Shown in pieces: positions 51,306 through 63,990 of a stretch of 64,000 nt of DNA; the stretch's first letter is position 1; each line of letters opens with the position of its first letter. The notes beneath the pieces were generated by a model. The model did not search any database. It saw only the letters and a list, made by a program, of their open reading frames with translations, and was not told the DNA's origin. Position numbers and translations under genes: made by a program. The stretch comes from Camelus ferus (Eukaryota), in assembly GCF_009834535.1 (NCBI RefSeq), contig NC_045697.1:107696001-107760000 (forward strand), written 5' to 3'.

Positions 51306-51404
51306 GTAATGTCTTCTTTTCTTCTTACTGGTGACATGTGTTCAGTAATGATCAGTAATAAACTTAAAACAAATAAGCCTAATTGAATTGACATATCCAA
51401 GTTT

Positions 51405-51560
51405 CCACTGAAGAAAAACACACTACCTAAAAGTTGCCAGTTGAGTTTTATTCCAATACCTTCCTGAGGACCATCACCTGGGAGACAGCCTCTCAGACAG
51501 CTCTGAAGGACTGCTCCAAAGAGGTACAGGAGGAGACAGGATATATAGGTTTCTCTTTTT
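51405..51560 (-). mobile_element. ERV1-type LTR fragment
   Basis: 'cactgaagaaaaacacactacctaaaagttg...ttttatt...gaggaccatcacctgggagacagcctctcagacagctctgaaggactgctccaaagaggt...ggatatatagg' resembles antisense artiodactyl ERV1 LTR ends. Confidence 0.6.
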
Positions 51561-51884
51561 GTAATTTATATATGTTTGAAGGCTTATACAGTATGTTGAA
51601 AGTTAATTCTAAGAGTTAGAGTTAATTCTAAGACTCTGAGTTTCAAACAATGGTAGTATTATTAAAATAAGTGATTAGACTTGTAGCTTAAAGAGAAGCA
51701 TATGCTATTTGTTTGTATGTAAATATTGATATTCTTTCTTATAAAAATCAATCAATCTGTCAATCTGTCAATATTGTAGGAAGGATTCCTGTGTGTATCA
51801 GGTTGAATAAGATGAGATTTAACTTACTTATGAAAGTGTACGTCTAAGTCTTTGTAATTTTCATCTTATTGGAGGTGTGTTTTG

Positions 51885-52165
51885 CAGTGTTTCTTAAAGT
51901 GTTATTAATGAGTGCTTGTTAAAAATGCACATTAAATCAGGGAAAGGATATAGCTCTGTGGGTAGAGTGTATGCTTAGCATGCACGAGGTCATGGGTTCA
52001 ATCTCCAGGACCTCTGTTAAAAAATAATAAATAAGCAAACAAAAAAACTTAATTACCCCCTTAAGAAATCAAATTAATAGGCCCAAATCTAGTGTGTCAG
52101 AATCTGCATCAGAGTGGTAGAGAGAAGGATTTGGGAATCTGCATTTTACAAGTAAGTACGTCCAA
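51885..52165. mobile_element. MER5-type hAT MITE interrupted by a SINE
   Basis: 'cagtgtttcttaaagtgt...gtgcttgttaaaaatgca' before and 'tcagaatct...gggaatctgcattttacaag' after the SINE. Confidence 0.6.
51940..52070 (+). mobile_element. Camelid tRNA-derived SINE (Vic-1 type)
   Basis: 'ggatatagctctgtgggtagagtgtatgcttagcatgcacgaggtcatgggttcaatctccag...aattaccccc'. Confidence 0.88.
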
Positions 52166-53035
52166 AGATTGACACACCCAACTCAGTAAAATCGTACTTC
52201 TACCTAATCTTTGTATTTTTTGATCAATCACCTTGATTTTTGCTTTGAAAAGAACAGTGTCAGTATTTTTAGTATACTGTTTGGACACAGGGTTATGTTC
52301 TCAAGTAGTTTATTATTAGATCAAATTGACAATATAACTGAATAAGCTGTACTTTGAACTCTGAACTCTGTGTCTGGATTCAAAATGGATATATGTTTCC
52401 TTGGATGCAAATGGATAAATCTGTTTTTGACATCTAGGTACCAAATACTAAGTTTTATGAAGTGTCTGCTCTTCAGATTTGCTAGTGATTGTACCTCAGG
52501 TATCTTACTCAAGTAAAGGGTGAAGAGTAACAGGGTAGGTGTTGGCGGCCCCTGGAATCCGTGCTGCACTACACTAGCACCCAGTCCAGCACTTTCCAGT
52601 AAACACTGTGATGAAAGCTTTGCTGTGCAATTTATGGTTCAAACGAATGAAATCCTTTCTTTATAGCATACTGAGATTTTACAAAGCTCTTTGAATGAAA
52701 GGGAATATTAACATCAACTATTAGAGTTTGATAGGATGTTATTTTCATTACCATGTACAGTCTTTAGTAGTCCTTCCTGTAGAGTTATTAATTTTACAGA
52801 AGGTAAGCTTTGTGTATCAAGTGTGTTATTTTTTAGATATTTCAATTCTACAGACAGATTATTCCTTTACTTTAAAAGCTGTACACAATATTATTTGTTC
52901 TCTTAAGAGATAGTGTACTTTGTGTAAAATAAAAAAGTAACTATAGATTTATAAGTTAAGGCTATTACCTTCAGATACTTGTTTCCTTATTTAAATATTT
53001 AACTTATTGGTATAAAATATTTTCTTAAGTTTATA

Positions 53036-54271
53036 CCTAAAAATTGTGTTAAAATACACAACACAAAGTTTACCATTTTAACTATATTTTCAAGTATATA
53101 GTTCAGTATTGTTGAGTATATTCACATTGTTGTGCAAATGATTTCCAGAATGTTTTCATCTTGCAAAACACTCTACCCATTAAACTGCTCCCCATTTTCC
53201 CCTCCCCCAGTCCCTGTTAACCACTATTCTACCTTCTGTCTCTGTGAATTTAACTGTTCTAGGTAGCTCATGGAAGTGGAATCATACAGTATTTGTCTTT
53301 TTGTGACTAGCTTATTTCACTTAGAATAGTGTCTTCAAGGTTCATCCATATTGTAGCATGTGTTAGAATTTCCTTCCCTTTTAAGACTGAATGAATGATA
53401 TTCTATCACACATACACACACACGCACACATCACATTTTATGTATCCATTCATCCACTGATGGATGTTTGGGTTGCTTCAACCTTTTGGCTATTAAGAAT
53501 AATGCTGCTTGTGCATGTGTATAAGTATCTGTTTGAATTCCTGCTTTCAGCTATTTTAGGTGTATATCTAGAAGTGGAATTGCTGGATCATATGGTAGTT
53601 CTACTTTTAATTTTTTGAAGAACCACCATACTGTTTTCCACAGCAGCTACACCATTTTATATTCCTATCAATAGTACACAAGCATTCCAGTTTCTCCACA
53701 ACCTCAAAAAAACCGTTTTTATTTTAATAGCCATCCTAATATGTGTGAGGTAATAGCTCGTGATTTTGGTTCACATTTCCATAATGATTAGTGATGTTAA
53801 ACATCTTTTCATATGCTTATTGGCCATTTGTATACCTGCTTTGGAGAAATGTTTAGTCAAGTCTTTTGCCCATGATTTAATTGGGTCATTTATCTTTTTG
53901 TTGTTAAGTTGTAGGAGTTCTTTATATATTCTGGATATTAATCCTTTATCAGATGTATGGTTTACAAATGCTTTCTCCCATTCCATAGGGTGCCTTTTCA
54001 CTGTGTTGACTATGTCCTTTGATGCACAGATGTTTTAAATTTTGATGAGTCCAGTTTATTTTTACTTTTGTCGCCTATACTTTTGGTGTCATATCCAAGA
54101 AATCATGAAACATTTCCCCTATGTTTTCTTCTAAGAGTTTTGTAGTTTTAAGTCTTACCTTAGGTCTTTGATTCATTTTGAGTTAATTTTTGTATATGGT
54201 GTAAAGTAAGGGTCCCAATTCATTCCTTTTCATGTGGATATCTGGTTTTCCCACCACTGTTAGTTGAAGTG
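53036..54271 (-). mobile_element. L1MB-type 3' ~1.2 kb with decayed ORF2 C-terminus
   Basis: ORF 53771-54001(-) '[36 protein letters not shown]...' is L1 ORF2; TSD aagtttata (53027-53035 / 54272-54280). Confidence 0.9.
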
Positions 54272-54559
54272 AAGTTTATATTTTTAAAGACAGTTTAGGT
54301 TAAAGAAAGGGCAAGCAGACAGTCATAAATGTCTATGTTGCGTCTACATAGCAATTCCTATAAAGTCTCTTGTTCCTAATTAAGAATACATTTCAGAAAC
54401 AAGAAGACATGGCGTAAGATTCACAGCTCACCTTAGAATAATTGTAGACAGGCATAGAGCCTGTGTTTAAGTTTTATGTTAGTTATTTGGTGGGCAATGA
54501 CTTCTTGTATTTGGAACTTGATTATGTTAAACTCTCAGAGTTTTGGTCTTCTGGTCGAG

Positions 54560-54579
54560 GTGTGTGTGTGTGTGTGTGT
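54560..54579. repeat. (GT)n microsatellite
   Basis: Direct read. Confidence 0.9.
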
Positions 54580-55955
54580 ATCCTGTTACAGGGTTAATCA
54601 CAATGAACTCTGACCAAGGAGAGATCCTCTAACATCTTAGGGGACTTTAATTTCAAAGCCGTAAGCAGAATCGACATTCTCATGGTAAAGAATAGCCAGT
54701 AATAAGTCTTGGGAAGAACTAAAGCCAGCTCAAACTATTCACCTGTCTGTGTAGCAGGAGCTACTTGGAACCTGTTTTGCCTCTTAGTTCTGAAAAGTAG
54801 TATGTGTGTTGACAAAATGATATTTACACTGGCTTTGAAAAGGTCAAAAACCAGATATTGTGTCTTTGGAAGTAAGGCTATTTTTTGGAGGACAGAAGGG
54901 TGTTGGGAGTTGGGTGGGGAGAGGACAAAAGCAAATATATGTAACAAAGAGGACAGCCTGGGCAAGGATACTTAGAAGGCAGAGGGAGCAGCTTAGCTGG
55001 GTGTAGGAGTAACACGGATAATGCCCGGATCTAACACTCAGGTGCATTACCTTCTTCGGAGGAAATGACAGCAGATACTAGAGGTAGCACAGCAAGAACC
55101 ACAGGCAGAGAATGGGCTTGAAAAGGATTGAAAACAATATGATGTAAAATGTGTATGACAGTCTCGAGGAGATGCTGTCAGTAGAATTCATCCGTTACAG
55201 ATTTTGGATGTGTTCTCAGAACAGTGAGACAAATAGCAAGTAGACAGAGGCAATTACAGTTATTCTGAGCTGTTGAGAGAATTATGTATCTCAATGCAGT
55301 GTTTCAGGGTTAAGAGCTGTCTACCTGAGAAAAGAGTAGCAGTTAGAGCAGTGTTAGAATGCCGTTCTTTCTAATGTAATACTGGAATGTCAGAGTCATG
55401 CAGACGTGGGGTGGTGAGTGAGGAATGTTTCTCTGTGGCTTCCCTGGCTTTGTATTGAACCATTGGGGAACCATTTTCCAAGGTGGTTTTGAATAAAAAT
55501 CTAGCCTCAAGACTGGCTTGAGCTTAGATTTTCTGAGTAAATAATGAAAAGTTGCCTAAGAATGACTTCTTAGAGTAAAAATCAAAACAGCTGCCTAATG
55601 CTGTCATTCTGAAATTTGTTCATTCTGCATGTGTCTTTCCACACTTTTTATAGATTTTAAAATCATGACCTGTTTGTACCTTATTTTGTGAATTTCATCT
55701 TTTTATTTATTCAGTCATTTTTGTTTCTCGTCACGTCCCCTAGCCCCTATCATTTCATTCTAGGGTAGTCTGGATCTTTTCCAGCTTTCTCTGTCTCTTC
55801 CAATTGACCAGAATGGCTCATGTGTGAAATTTATATTTTTTCATGTTCTTGAGTTCATTGTCCACATCATTCCTGAAATACCCTCCTGCCTTTTCTTTAA
55901 GGGTATGGGCTACATTGAATTGATGTGCTCAGAGAAAAGTCTTTAATGACTAGTC

Positions 55956-56127
55956 CAGAGGTTCTCAAAGTGTGGTCCCCAGGTGGGCAGCAGCAGCCTC
56001 ACCTGGACATGTGTTAGAAATGTGAATTCTTGGGCTGAATCAGAAAGTCCGCGAGTAGAGCTCAAAAATTCATATTTAACAAGTTCTCTGGGTGATTCCA
56101 CTGCTGCATGTGAACGTTTAATAACTG
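55956..56127. mobile_element. MER5A hAT MITE
   Basis: 'cagaggttctcaaagtgtggtcccc...cagcagcagcctcacctgg...tgttagaaatg...tttaacaag...gggtgattc'; 8-bp flanks gactagtc/ttctagac with CTAG core. Confidence 0.85.
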
Positions 56128-56207
56128 TTCTAGACACTCCTGTTAGCTGTGGGCTGTTGTCCCAGCCATTCATTTTCTCTGGCCCTTGGTCTCCTGATCA
56201 GATAGAT

Positions 56208-56390
56208 CAGGGGTTCTCAAACGTTGGTGTGCACATGAATTATCTGGTGAGCTTGTTTAAACAATTTCAGAAAGCAGTACATTCTTCCTAACCTCATACC
56301 CTGAGATTCTGATTCAGTGGTCTTGGATGACTCAGTTATCTGCTTTCCGGGCAAGCTTTCCAAAATAGTTCTCATATCTACGATCTGGAC
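56208..56390. mobile_element. MER5-type hAT MITE (opposite orientation, diverged)
   Basis: 'caggggttctcaaacgttggtgtgcacatgaattatctggtgagcttgtttaaa...gagattctgattcagtggtct'. Confidence 0.7.
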
Positions 56391-56759
56391 CAGTGGATGT
56401 CTCTGAGTTTCCTTTAAGCCTCAAAGTGAGGTGACTTAAAGTGGCTTTTTTAGGTTCAGTAACTGGAAGCTTGGGGGCCAGAACTTTATTTTCACAATTG
56501 CAGTTTGGATTTTTTTTTTTTCCACAGAAGCCATTATGTTCTGGTTTCTTTCCTTGAAAATATGATTCTTTCTTGCCCACTCAGATTACATGAGATTTTA
56601 CTGAGGTTTATATCCTCACTGGTAAGGCAATTTGTACGCTAAAAGAGCTTTCTGACTCTTATAAACTTGGAGATTTCATTATGTGGTTCCTCTAGGTAAT
56701 TTATTTTAAAAACTTAACAATCTTAAATACTGGTTCTTGGGGAAATGCTACTTTCTATT

Positions 56760-58460
56760 GAGATCTCTTTATCTCCACCCTTTATTTCCAGTCTCTAAGC
56801 TGGTTCCCTGTGCTGGTTCCCTCATCTCACTGTCATTCATATTTTTGTCTCTTTAACAGAGAAGTATTATTTTTTGAGTCTTCCTCTTGTCTCAGTGGCT
56901 GCTCCTTTCTGGTCTTTCTTCCCTCTGTCTACCCTTCATGTGTCGGCGTTCCCCAGGAACTGCCCAAGTTCTTTTCTCCATGTCCCACTGCACGCTGTCC
57001 CCTCGGGGCCTGCTTCTTCATGTCTGCCTGATCATTGTTCAGATGTCACCTTAACACCACCCTTTATAAAGCAGCATCTGACTCTCGACTCTCCTCTGAG
57101 CACTAGCCCCACATAACTGGCTGCCTCTTGGATGTCCTGCAGGCAGATCAGATTAACATACCCGAAACTGAACTCATCATTCTTCTCCCCTGAAATCTGT
57201 GCCCCCATACCTACCCCGTCATGTCCTCTGTCTTGGAGAATGCCATCACTGTCCCCCTTTACATGGCTGACATTGACCCGGCATCTTCTATGTGCCAGGC
57301 TCTTTTCTAAGAACTTCTGTGTAACTCCTCACAAAATCCTTTGGGATAGATTTTATGATTATTCCCATTATAGAGATGCAGAAACTGAAGCACATGGAGC
57401 TTAAGATCACAAAACCATTAATTGGTGGAGATGGAATCCCAGAGCATGGAGTCTTAGTCGCCGTGCTCTGCTGCCAGCCTTTCTCAGTACCCCATGCCAG
57501 ACGTCTAGGACTACCCTTCACCTCGTCTCCTGCCCCTGCACATCTGGTCAGTCCTCTCCCGCCCACCCCCTAAACTCTCTTAAAACACATTTCTGCTTCT
57601 CTGCACTTTCAGTGGAGTAAGTATTCTGATCCTGGTCTCCTTCATCTCTTGCCCCTACTGTTCTAATTGGTGTCCTCTTTCCATCTATTTCTGTATATTA
57701 TTGCGAGGGTATTGTTCTTCCTAGTAGTAAACCGCATCATGACACTTGCCTGCCTTCGCCAGCCCCACCCTCCACGATCCGTCATCTGGTGTTGGGCAAA
57801 CGCTCTATTATCCACTTCACTATTGAGCAAGCTCCACTCATTTTGAGGAACAGGACGGTTCAGACTTTTGAAGAATCTTGCCATAATGCAGAGAGCTGAA
57901 AGAGTCTTTGCTGCTTTTGGTCCTTAATTTCTATTTATTGTAATGAAAGAACAATAAAAAAAAATTAAGAGTCTAGTCTAGCTCAGAGAGGGGTGGCATC
58001 TCTAATTTTGGCAGCCCCTCAGTGGAGTGCTCTCCCACGGCTGCCCCAGTTCTGTGCTCCAGGTGTAGTAAACTGCTTGCACTCCCTACAGTGTGTCATG
58101 TTCTCTCTCCTTCCTCTGAGCCTTCGCATATGCTCTTCGCTCTTCCTGTATACTCTTCCCTCACTGCCCCATTTGCCTGGCTCACACTACCATCTCCATT
58201 TTCAGGTCTCAACTTAGATTTCATTTCACCTGAAAAGCCTTCTCAGATCCCATTTACCTTCCAACCAACAGTTTGGGTTAAGTGCTTCTTCTTATATGCC
58301 GCCATTGCATACCATTCTTCCCTACCATGCGACTCACTAAACCTTGTTTTAATTGTTCCGTTGTTTCATTTAGGCTGTAAGCCACATCTTATTTATTTCT
58401 GTGCTTCTGCCACCCAGCATAGATGTTCAATAAATATTGATTGCATGGAAGAATAAATGG
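56760..58460 (+). mobile_element. L2 LINE 3' ~1.5 kb with nested MIR
   Basis: 'ttaacatacccgaaactgaactcatcattcttctcccc', 'ctgatcctggtctcc', 'gagccttcgcatatgctcttcgctct'; terminus 'catagatgttcaataaatattgattgcatggaagaataaatg'. Confidence 0.75.
57260..57472 (-). mobile_element. MIR SINE nested in L2
   Basis: 'ctatgtgccaggc...ctcctcacaaaatcctttgggatag...attattcccattatagagatgcagaaactgaagcaca'. Confidence 0.75.
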
Positions 58461-58534
58461 GTATTTAAATGAGCAAATTGATTTTACCCAGTTCCGCCTG
58501 CTTCTTACCTCTGTGGAAAAACTCTTGTAGGTGA

Positions 58535-59020
58535 TATATCAGTTAGGGTTAGATTCACCCATAAGTAACTACCAAAATCAATGGCTTAAACCAATTAGGG
58601 GGTTATTTTTCTTCCACATAAAATAAGTCTGGGACTAGGCTCTCCAGGCTTAGTAAACTGGCTCCTTCTGTCTTTCTGCTCCACTCTCCTGGGGCCATCC
58701 TTGCCCCTACGTTCTCATCTTAAGATGACCACCAGAAGTTTAACATTTGTGTGATCTCATTCTGGGACAGGAGGAAAGATCAAAAAAGCAAAAAGGGAGC
58801 TTACTAGCATTCTGCTTCCTGCCCCCACACCTTTTAGGGGCTCTCCAGAAAGGCCTTCCAAGGATTTCTCCGTATGCTCAATGATGGAACTGTATCACAG
58901 TATCACCTCTGGCTGTAAGGGAGGCTGGGAGATACTGTTTTTTGCCTTACTGAAAAATTGGGTTTCTTTTAATAAGGAGGGAGAGGACAGATACTGGGTG
59001 GTAACTGGAAGTCTCTGCAT
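58535..59020 (-). mobile_element. MaLR LTR (MLT1J-like)
   Basis: 'aatcaatggcttaaaccaa...ttattttt...cacataaaataagtctgg...caccctctggctgtaagggaggctgggaga...aataaggagggagaggacagatactggg'. Confidence 0.75.
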
Positions 59021-59799
59021 AGCTGAGGATGATTTCCCTCTTACGTAACCATGGACAATTTTAGTAAGTAATTTGAAAATCAGTATGTCAGTGCTTAAAA
59101 TATATGTATATATATAACGTGGATTTGAAAGAAGTTTTACCTTTTTTGTATCTTGCCACTTTACATAAAATTAGCAACCTTTTTGGATATTTTAAGAAAG
59201 TTAATTACAGGATTCTGAAAAAAATCTGAATAGTTACTTTTATGAATCTTTATTATTTTTTCTAGATATTTGCACTTGTTGATTTAGGAGTATACCTTCT
59301 TAAAGTCTCATCGAGAGGTACCCCAGAATCTGCGAGTAGGAGTGTAAATTGCTAGAATATTTGGCAAAAGATTTGATAATAGACGTTAAGAAATCTAAAA
59401 TCTAATTCATGGAATTATATTTTTTTGGGGGGAGAATTTAATGGCTTGGCAAAATACTCATGATGAAATATTGAATGAAAAAAGCAGGAATCAAGATTTA
59501 ATCCCAAGTCATAAAATTCTTCAAAAAAAAATCCAGTTTTCATAATTGTCCATCATTCCATTATAGGGATGTTCCACATATATTTAATCCTTCTCTTGTT
59601 GAACGCTTAGCCTGTTCCAAATTTTCACTTTTAGAAATATTCTTCAGTAAAAAACTTAGTACATTTTTACATAATTTTATTTAACATTTCTAGGTTTTCA
59701 TGATAGATTTATAGAAGAATGAACAGAAGAGATTAAAAATGTAGATGCCTTATTTGTTATCTGTTGCCAAGTCTTTTGCCAGATGTCTATATACACACA

Positions 59800-59998
59800 T
59801 GTATTATGCTTCTGACTTTGTAAATTTATGAAGTTATTGGAAAATATAGAAAAAAGACTAGAAATAAAGATATTAAAGCTTTAAAAATAATTATTTCTGG
59901 TGGTGGTGCTTTGAGTGATTTCTACTATCTTTATATTTTCGCTACATTTTTTGCAATGACTATGTATTGCTTTTATGATTTAAAATAAAGTTGAAAAT
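59800..59998 (+). mobile_element. L1ME 3' tip
   Basis: 'ttatttctggtggtgg...gagtgattt...tttgcaatgactatgtattgcttttatgatttaaaataaa'. Confidence 0.5.
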
Positions 59999-60917
59999 AA
60001 AGACTCTGACTTCTATTTTGATGATCAGCTATTGCTTTGCAATTTAGAGTGTTGGCATCAAGTGTGAAATTTTAATGTTGATGTTTTAATCAAAGAAGAG
60101 TAAGCACATTGCAGATATATCCTATAGGATTTGTAATTTACATATTAGACATATTTTCCTGCATTTGTTTAGAGCTGTTTCTCCATTTTTCCTAGTGATT
60201 TAGACCTTACCTAATGGAATCTAGTAAATTGAAATAAACAAAAGTTGCTGGGTCTTTTTTTTTTTCCCCAGTAACATTTGTTGTAACTGTTAAAAACAAG
60301 AGCACCACAGAGCTTAAGTTCTCACGTTCAGTAGCTGGATTGTAGTATAACCTTTAGATAGTCCTGGGGTCATTTTTAGCATGTCATCATTTTGTAACAA
60401 ATTGACCCTTAAGCAAGATAAGGTGTCCCAGTGACCTGTTTCACATTCATAGACTCCGCAGCCAGGAATAGATTAATTTCAGAGATGCATTCCAGAATGT
60501 TGGCTAAGGAGAGAGAGTATGAAAAACATGTTATATATAAACCAAAGTAGTGCCAGTTAAAAAACAACAACGAAAATAAACCCCTGAATCAAAAATATGT
60601 AGATTTGGAGAATAGGGCTGAGGATGCAAGGTTTGGGTTACAATTAGATGGTTGGATGTTAGACGGGAAAGGGCAGATTTGCAGAATTTTGAGTAGTTTT
60701 CCCCAGGCTATTGAGAATTTGCATACTTTTCTAATGTAAAATCTTATGTGGACTGCCGCAACATTCTGCCTCTCATTCTGTTCTCCCTCATTTGAGAAAA
60801 TATTGATAGAAAGTTACCAAGACCCAAATCATAGTTTTAAGTAAATTGTATTTTGTTAAATATAATACCATTTATGTACTGTCTCTGTCTACTTGAAAAG
60901 TGGTATTTAGTCTAAAG

Positions 60918-61112
60918 TAGAGCTTGGCAAACAATGGCCAAATCTGGCCTGCTGCACTTTTTTTTATGATCCACCAGTTAAGAAGAGTTTATAGATTTTT
61001 AATGGTTGGAAAAAAAAAAGGAGAACATAATGTATAGAGAGCGTATATGGATCCTTCAAAGCCGAAAATAATTACTATCTGGCCCTTTACAGAAAAAGTT
61101 TGCCCACCCTTG
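60918..61112. mobile_element. MER58-type hAT-Charlie MITE
   Basis: 'ttggcaaac...ggccaaatctggcctgc...tactatctggccctttacagaaaaagtttgcccaccc'; perfect 8-bp TSD gtctaaag (60910-60917 / 61113-61120). Confidence 0.9.
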
Positions 61113-61120
61113 GTCTAAAG

Positions 61121-61829
61121 CAGTGATTTTCAACCAGAGGCAGTTTTGTCCCCAAGGGACATTTGGCAATCCTTCAAAGACACTTTTGATTGTCACAACC
61201 AAAGGGTTGGGGGTGCTACTGGCAATCAGTAGGTAGAGGCTGGAGATGCTGCTAAACACCTTAAAATGTGCAGAATGGCTTCTCAAGGCAAAGAATTAAC
61301 CTATTGAAGACGTGGACAATGAGACTTTGCTTGCCCAAATTTTAGTTAGGCTCCTCTGAGCCGCCTCTTGACTAGGCCTCAGCCTTGGCCCCCATCCTGT
61401 CTTTGTCCTGCCTATCCCAGTTTTAGCAAGAATTATGTTAGGTCAGTTTAGTGAAAACCTCCCCATTCTTAATATCTGATCACCCTTGATGTCTGATCAA
61501 ATGCCTTATCCCCACCCTTGATGTCTGATCACCCTGGTGTGTGTTCAGCAAGAATCCTGTTAGATCAGTTTAGTACGAATCCCCCTACCCTTGATGTCAT
61601 GTCATAGTCAAATTTTCCATCTAATGAACCCCTCACTCTGCTCGTTAGTATAAATTCCCAGCTGTCTTTCGCTATGTTCGGAGTTGAGCTTGATCTCTCA
61701 CCCCTATTGCAGTCGTCTTCACACCCATTGCAATAATCCTGAATAATAAAATCTTCCTTACCAGTTACACACGTTGTCAGAATATTTTTTCTTTACCAAT
61801 ATCAATAGTGTAGAGGTTGAGAAACCCCG
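61121..61829. mobile_element. MER20 hAT MITE split by an LTR
   Basis: 'cagtgattttcaaccagaggcagttttgtccccaagggacatttggcaat...gtgctactggca...gatgctgctaaacacc' and, after the LTR, 'atcaatagtgtagaggttgagaaacccc'. Confidence 0.9.
61314..61798 (+). mobile_element. ERV1 solo LTR (MER31/MER67-like)
   Basis: 'cccaaattttagttaggctcctctgagcc', repeated 'cacccttgatgtctgatca' and 'agcaagaat...tcagtttag', TATAAA (~61649), AATAAA (~61745); 4-bp flanks acgt/atat. Confidence 0.85.
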
Positions 61830-62131
61830 AGCTAGTATTTGGTATGTGTATGAAAGCAGGGACCACCCCTGCCAATGACTCTACAGCAGCCCCTTTCCTG
61901 TTTTATAGGGAAGAGGAACCAGCCTGCACAAACATGCTTTAGGGATCTGTTGCCTTCAGGACTTGAAAGAGGCCAGTTGTAAACATATTTTGCCTCAATG
62001 ACATCTCCAGGGTAAAATAAGGCAATCAGGATGGGCTCGGCCCTGGCTCCTTTCCCTGGGTATCCTTAAGAATGAAACAAGATTTACTCTCTCCAGGGGG
62101 ATTTCATTATCAACCTCCCTTCCTCCCCAAT

Positions 62132-62311
62132 TTTTTTTTATTGAATTATAATTGACATACAGTATTAGTCTCGGGTGTACAACATAGTGATTCAATATTT
62201 TTATACGTTACAGAATGATCACCGAGATAAGTCTAGTTACCATCTGTCACATACAGAGTTATTACAGTATTATTGACTATATTCCCTATGCTGTACTTTA
62301 CATTTCTATGA
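62132..62311 (-). mobile_element. L1 3' tip
   Basis: 'ttattgaattataattgacatacagtattag...ggtgtacaacatagtgattca...tattccctatgctgtac'; TSD ctccccaat (62123-62131 / 62312-62320). Confidence 0.88.
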
Positions 62312-63509
62312 CTCCCCAATATTCTTCTGTCTGTTGGAATCTTCATTAAAAGATGAGACCTTGCAATCTTCAAAGTAAAATACTAAAAAGCAAATGTATG
62401 AACTTGTTAAAACAAGTTTAGACAGTTGTTAATCAGTAAATAGAAGTGATTACTGTGTCTTTCCTGGTTCTCATTTAGAGGTGTGGTTGAAGAGAGCAAG
62501 AGTACACATGAGGTCTGAAAATGTGTTTCTGTATTCTACTGTAAAGTTTAAGGAGATTGGATATCTTCATTGGTGAGTGAGAGGCAAGAAAAGGCTAAAA
62601 ACAAAGAAAAAAGTTCAAAGCTATAACTTGACCTCACCTTTCTTGTGTACCTGAGTCCCAGCTCCCCTTTTCTTTTGCCTGCTTGCTTCCTGAGAACTGG
62701 GACCCTGGTACCTATTCTGTCCATGTGGCTTTCCTGTTAACAGAAGCATCCTTCTCTGGGCAGGAACCTCTGGAGCCTGTGTCTTACCTACTGGTCTGAA
62801 CTCTCTCTTTTTGACATGAAGCCAGACCTGCCCAGTATAAGTCCAGCCTTCTCACTCCAGCTGATGGTTCAGATTCTCCTGTGCCTCTCATTTTCTTTGC
62901 CATCCTAATTTTCTGTGACCATGTTATTCCTGATTGGTTCTGATAGAAGAGTTCAGAAAGTAAGCCTAGTTACAAAGTGGCCACAGAGTCTTTATGTGTG
63001 CCAGTTAGAACTTATCTCTGCATTTCTCTCCATTCTCCACCTGGGTTTTAATATGTTCCCCTTTTCTTCTGGAAATCTTTCATTTTGATGATTGGAAGTC
63101 ACAAAGCAGACCTTGCTACTATTTATATGTCTTTGTTGTCAGATGGAATCTTTGCATAGAGACTTTATGGCCACTGTCAGGTCATTGTTAGAGACTTGTA
63201 ATTGCCAATATAGAAGTTGTCCAGAGGACATGGGGAAAATTTTAAATTTGTAGGAGAGCATATAGATATTTCTAATGAGCAGCATAGTGGACTTTGGGGC
63301 TGCTCTTTATTTTTCTAGGTCCCAAAAGGACCCTTTTAATGTACTAGCAACTCAATAAAAGAAAGCAATCATTAGTTAAGTAACTACATAGAACCTACTA
63401 ATTTACTATTCATTGTTAATAAACATAGAAAAAAATTTTTTTCTTGGACTGGACCAGGAGCAGTCATTGTCTTCAAATAAAATTCTTCCATTAAAAAAAA
63501 ATTAATGAA

Positions 63510-63722
63510 GGATAGGAGGAGGGGCAAGATAAGGGTAGAAGATAAGAAGTCCAAACTATTAGATATATAATAAGCTACAAGAATATATTATACAGCACAA
63601 GGATTATAGCCAATATTTTATAATAACTATAAATGGAGTAGAACCTTTAAAATTGTGAATCACTATATTGTACACCTGTAACATATAATATTGTATGTCA
63701 ACTATACTTTAATAAAAAATAA
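63510..63722 (+). mobile_element. L1 3' end
   Basis: 'aataagctacaagaatatattatacagcacaagg...tagccaatattttataataactataaatggag...gtcaactatactttaataaaaa'. Confidence 0.85.
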
Positions 63723-63759
63723 GGCTGCTATTATATCCCAAGAAATACTATATAATCCA

Positions 63760-63990
63760 GGCAGAAGAATACTGATTTTGGACACAGTGCACCTGGGGAA
63801 GAATCCTGGCTCTGCCCCCATCACCTCTCTCTGCCTCAGTTTCTTCAGCTATGAAACAGGGAAAATAATGTATACCTACCTCATAGGGTTGTTGTAAGGC
63901 CTGTCTCAGTTTGTGTGTGAAGTACTTAAAATAGTGCAGGCCACACTTATAACTGCTATCTAAGCCATAGCTATTGATAGTAGTATTTAT
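63760..63990 (+). mobile_element. MIR SINE
   Basis: 'gaatcctggctctgcc...ctctctgcctcagtttcttcagctatgaaacaggg-aaataat...cctacctcatagggttgttgtaagg'. Confidence 0.8.

Noticed and set aside
51601..51633. Short tandem duplications (agttaattctaaga x2; also ttagataatctag x2 near 23513-23541)
   Set aside because: Ordinary slippage or repair micro-duplications with no further structure.
53771..54001. ORF with real protein similarity
   Set aside because: Decayed L1 ORF2 C-terminus inside a truncated L1; not a host gene. Same for 25892-26083 and 45271-45513.
61440..61600. Spaced direct repeats (cacccttgatgtctgatca) resembling an array
   Set aside because: Internal U3 repeats of the ERV1 LTR; a CRISPR array is not applicable in mammalian DNA.
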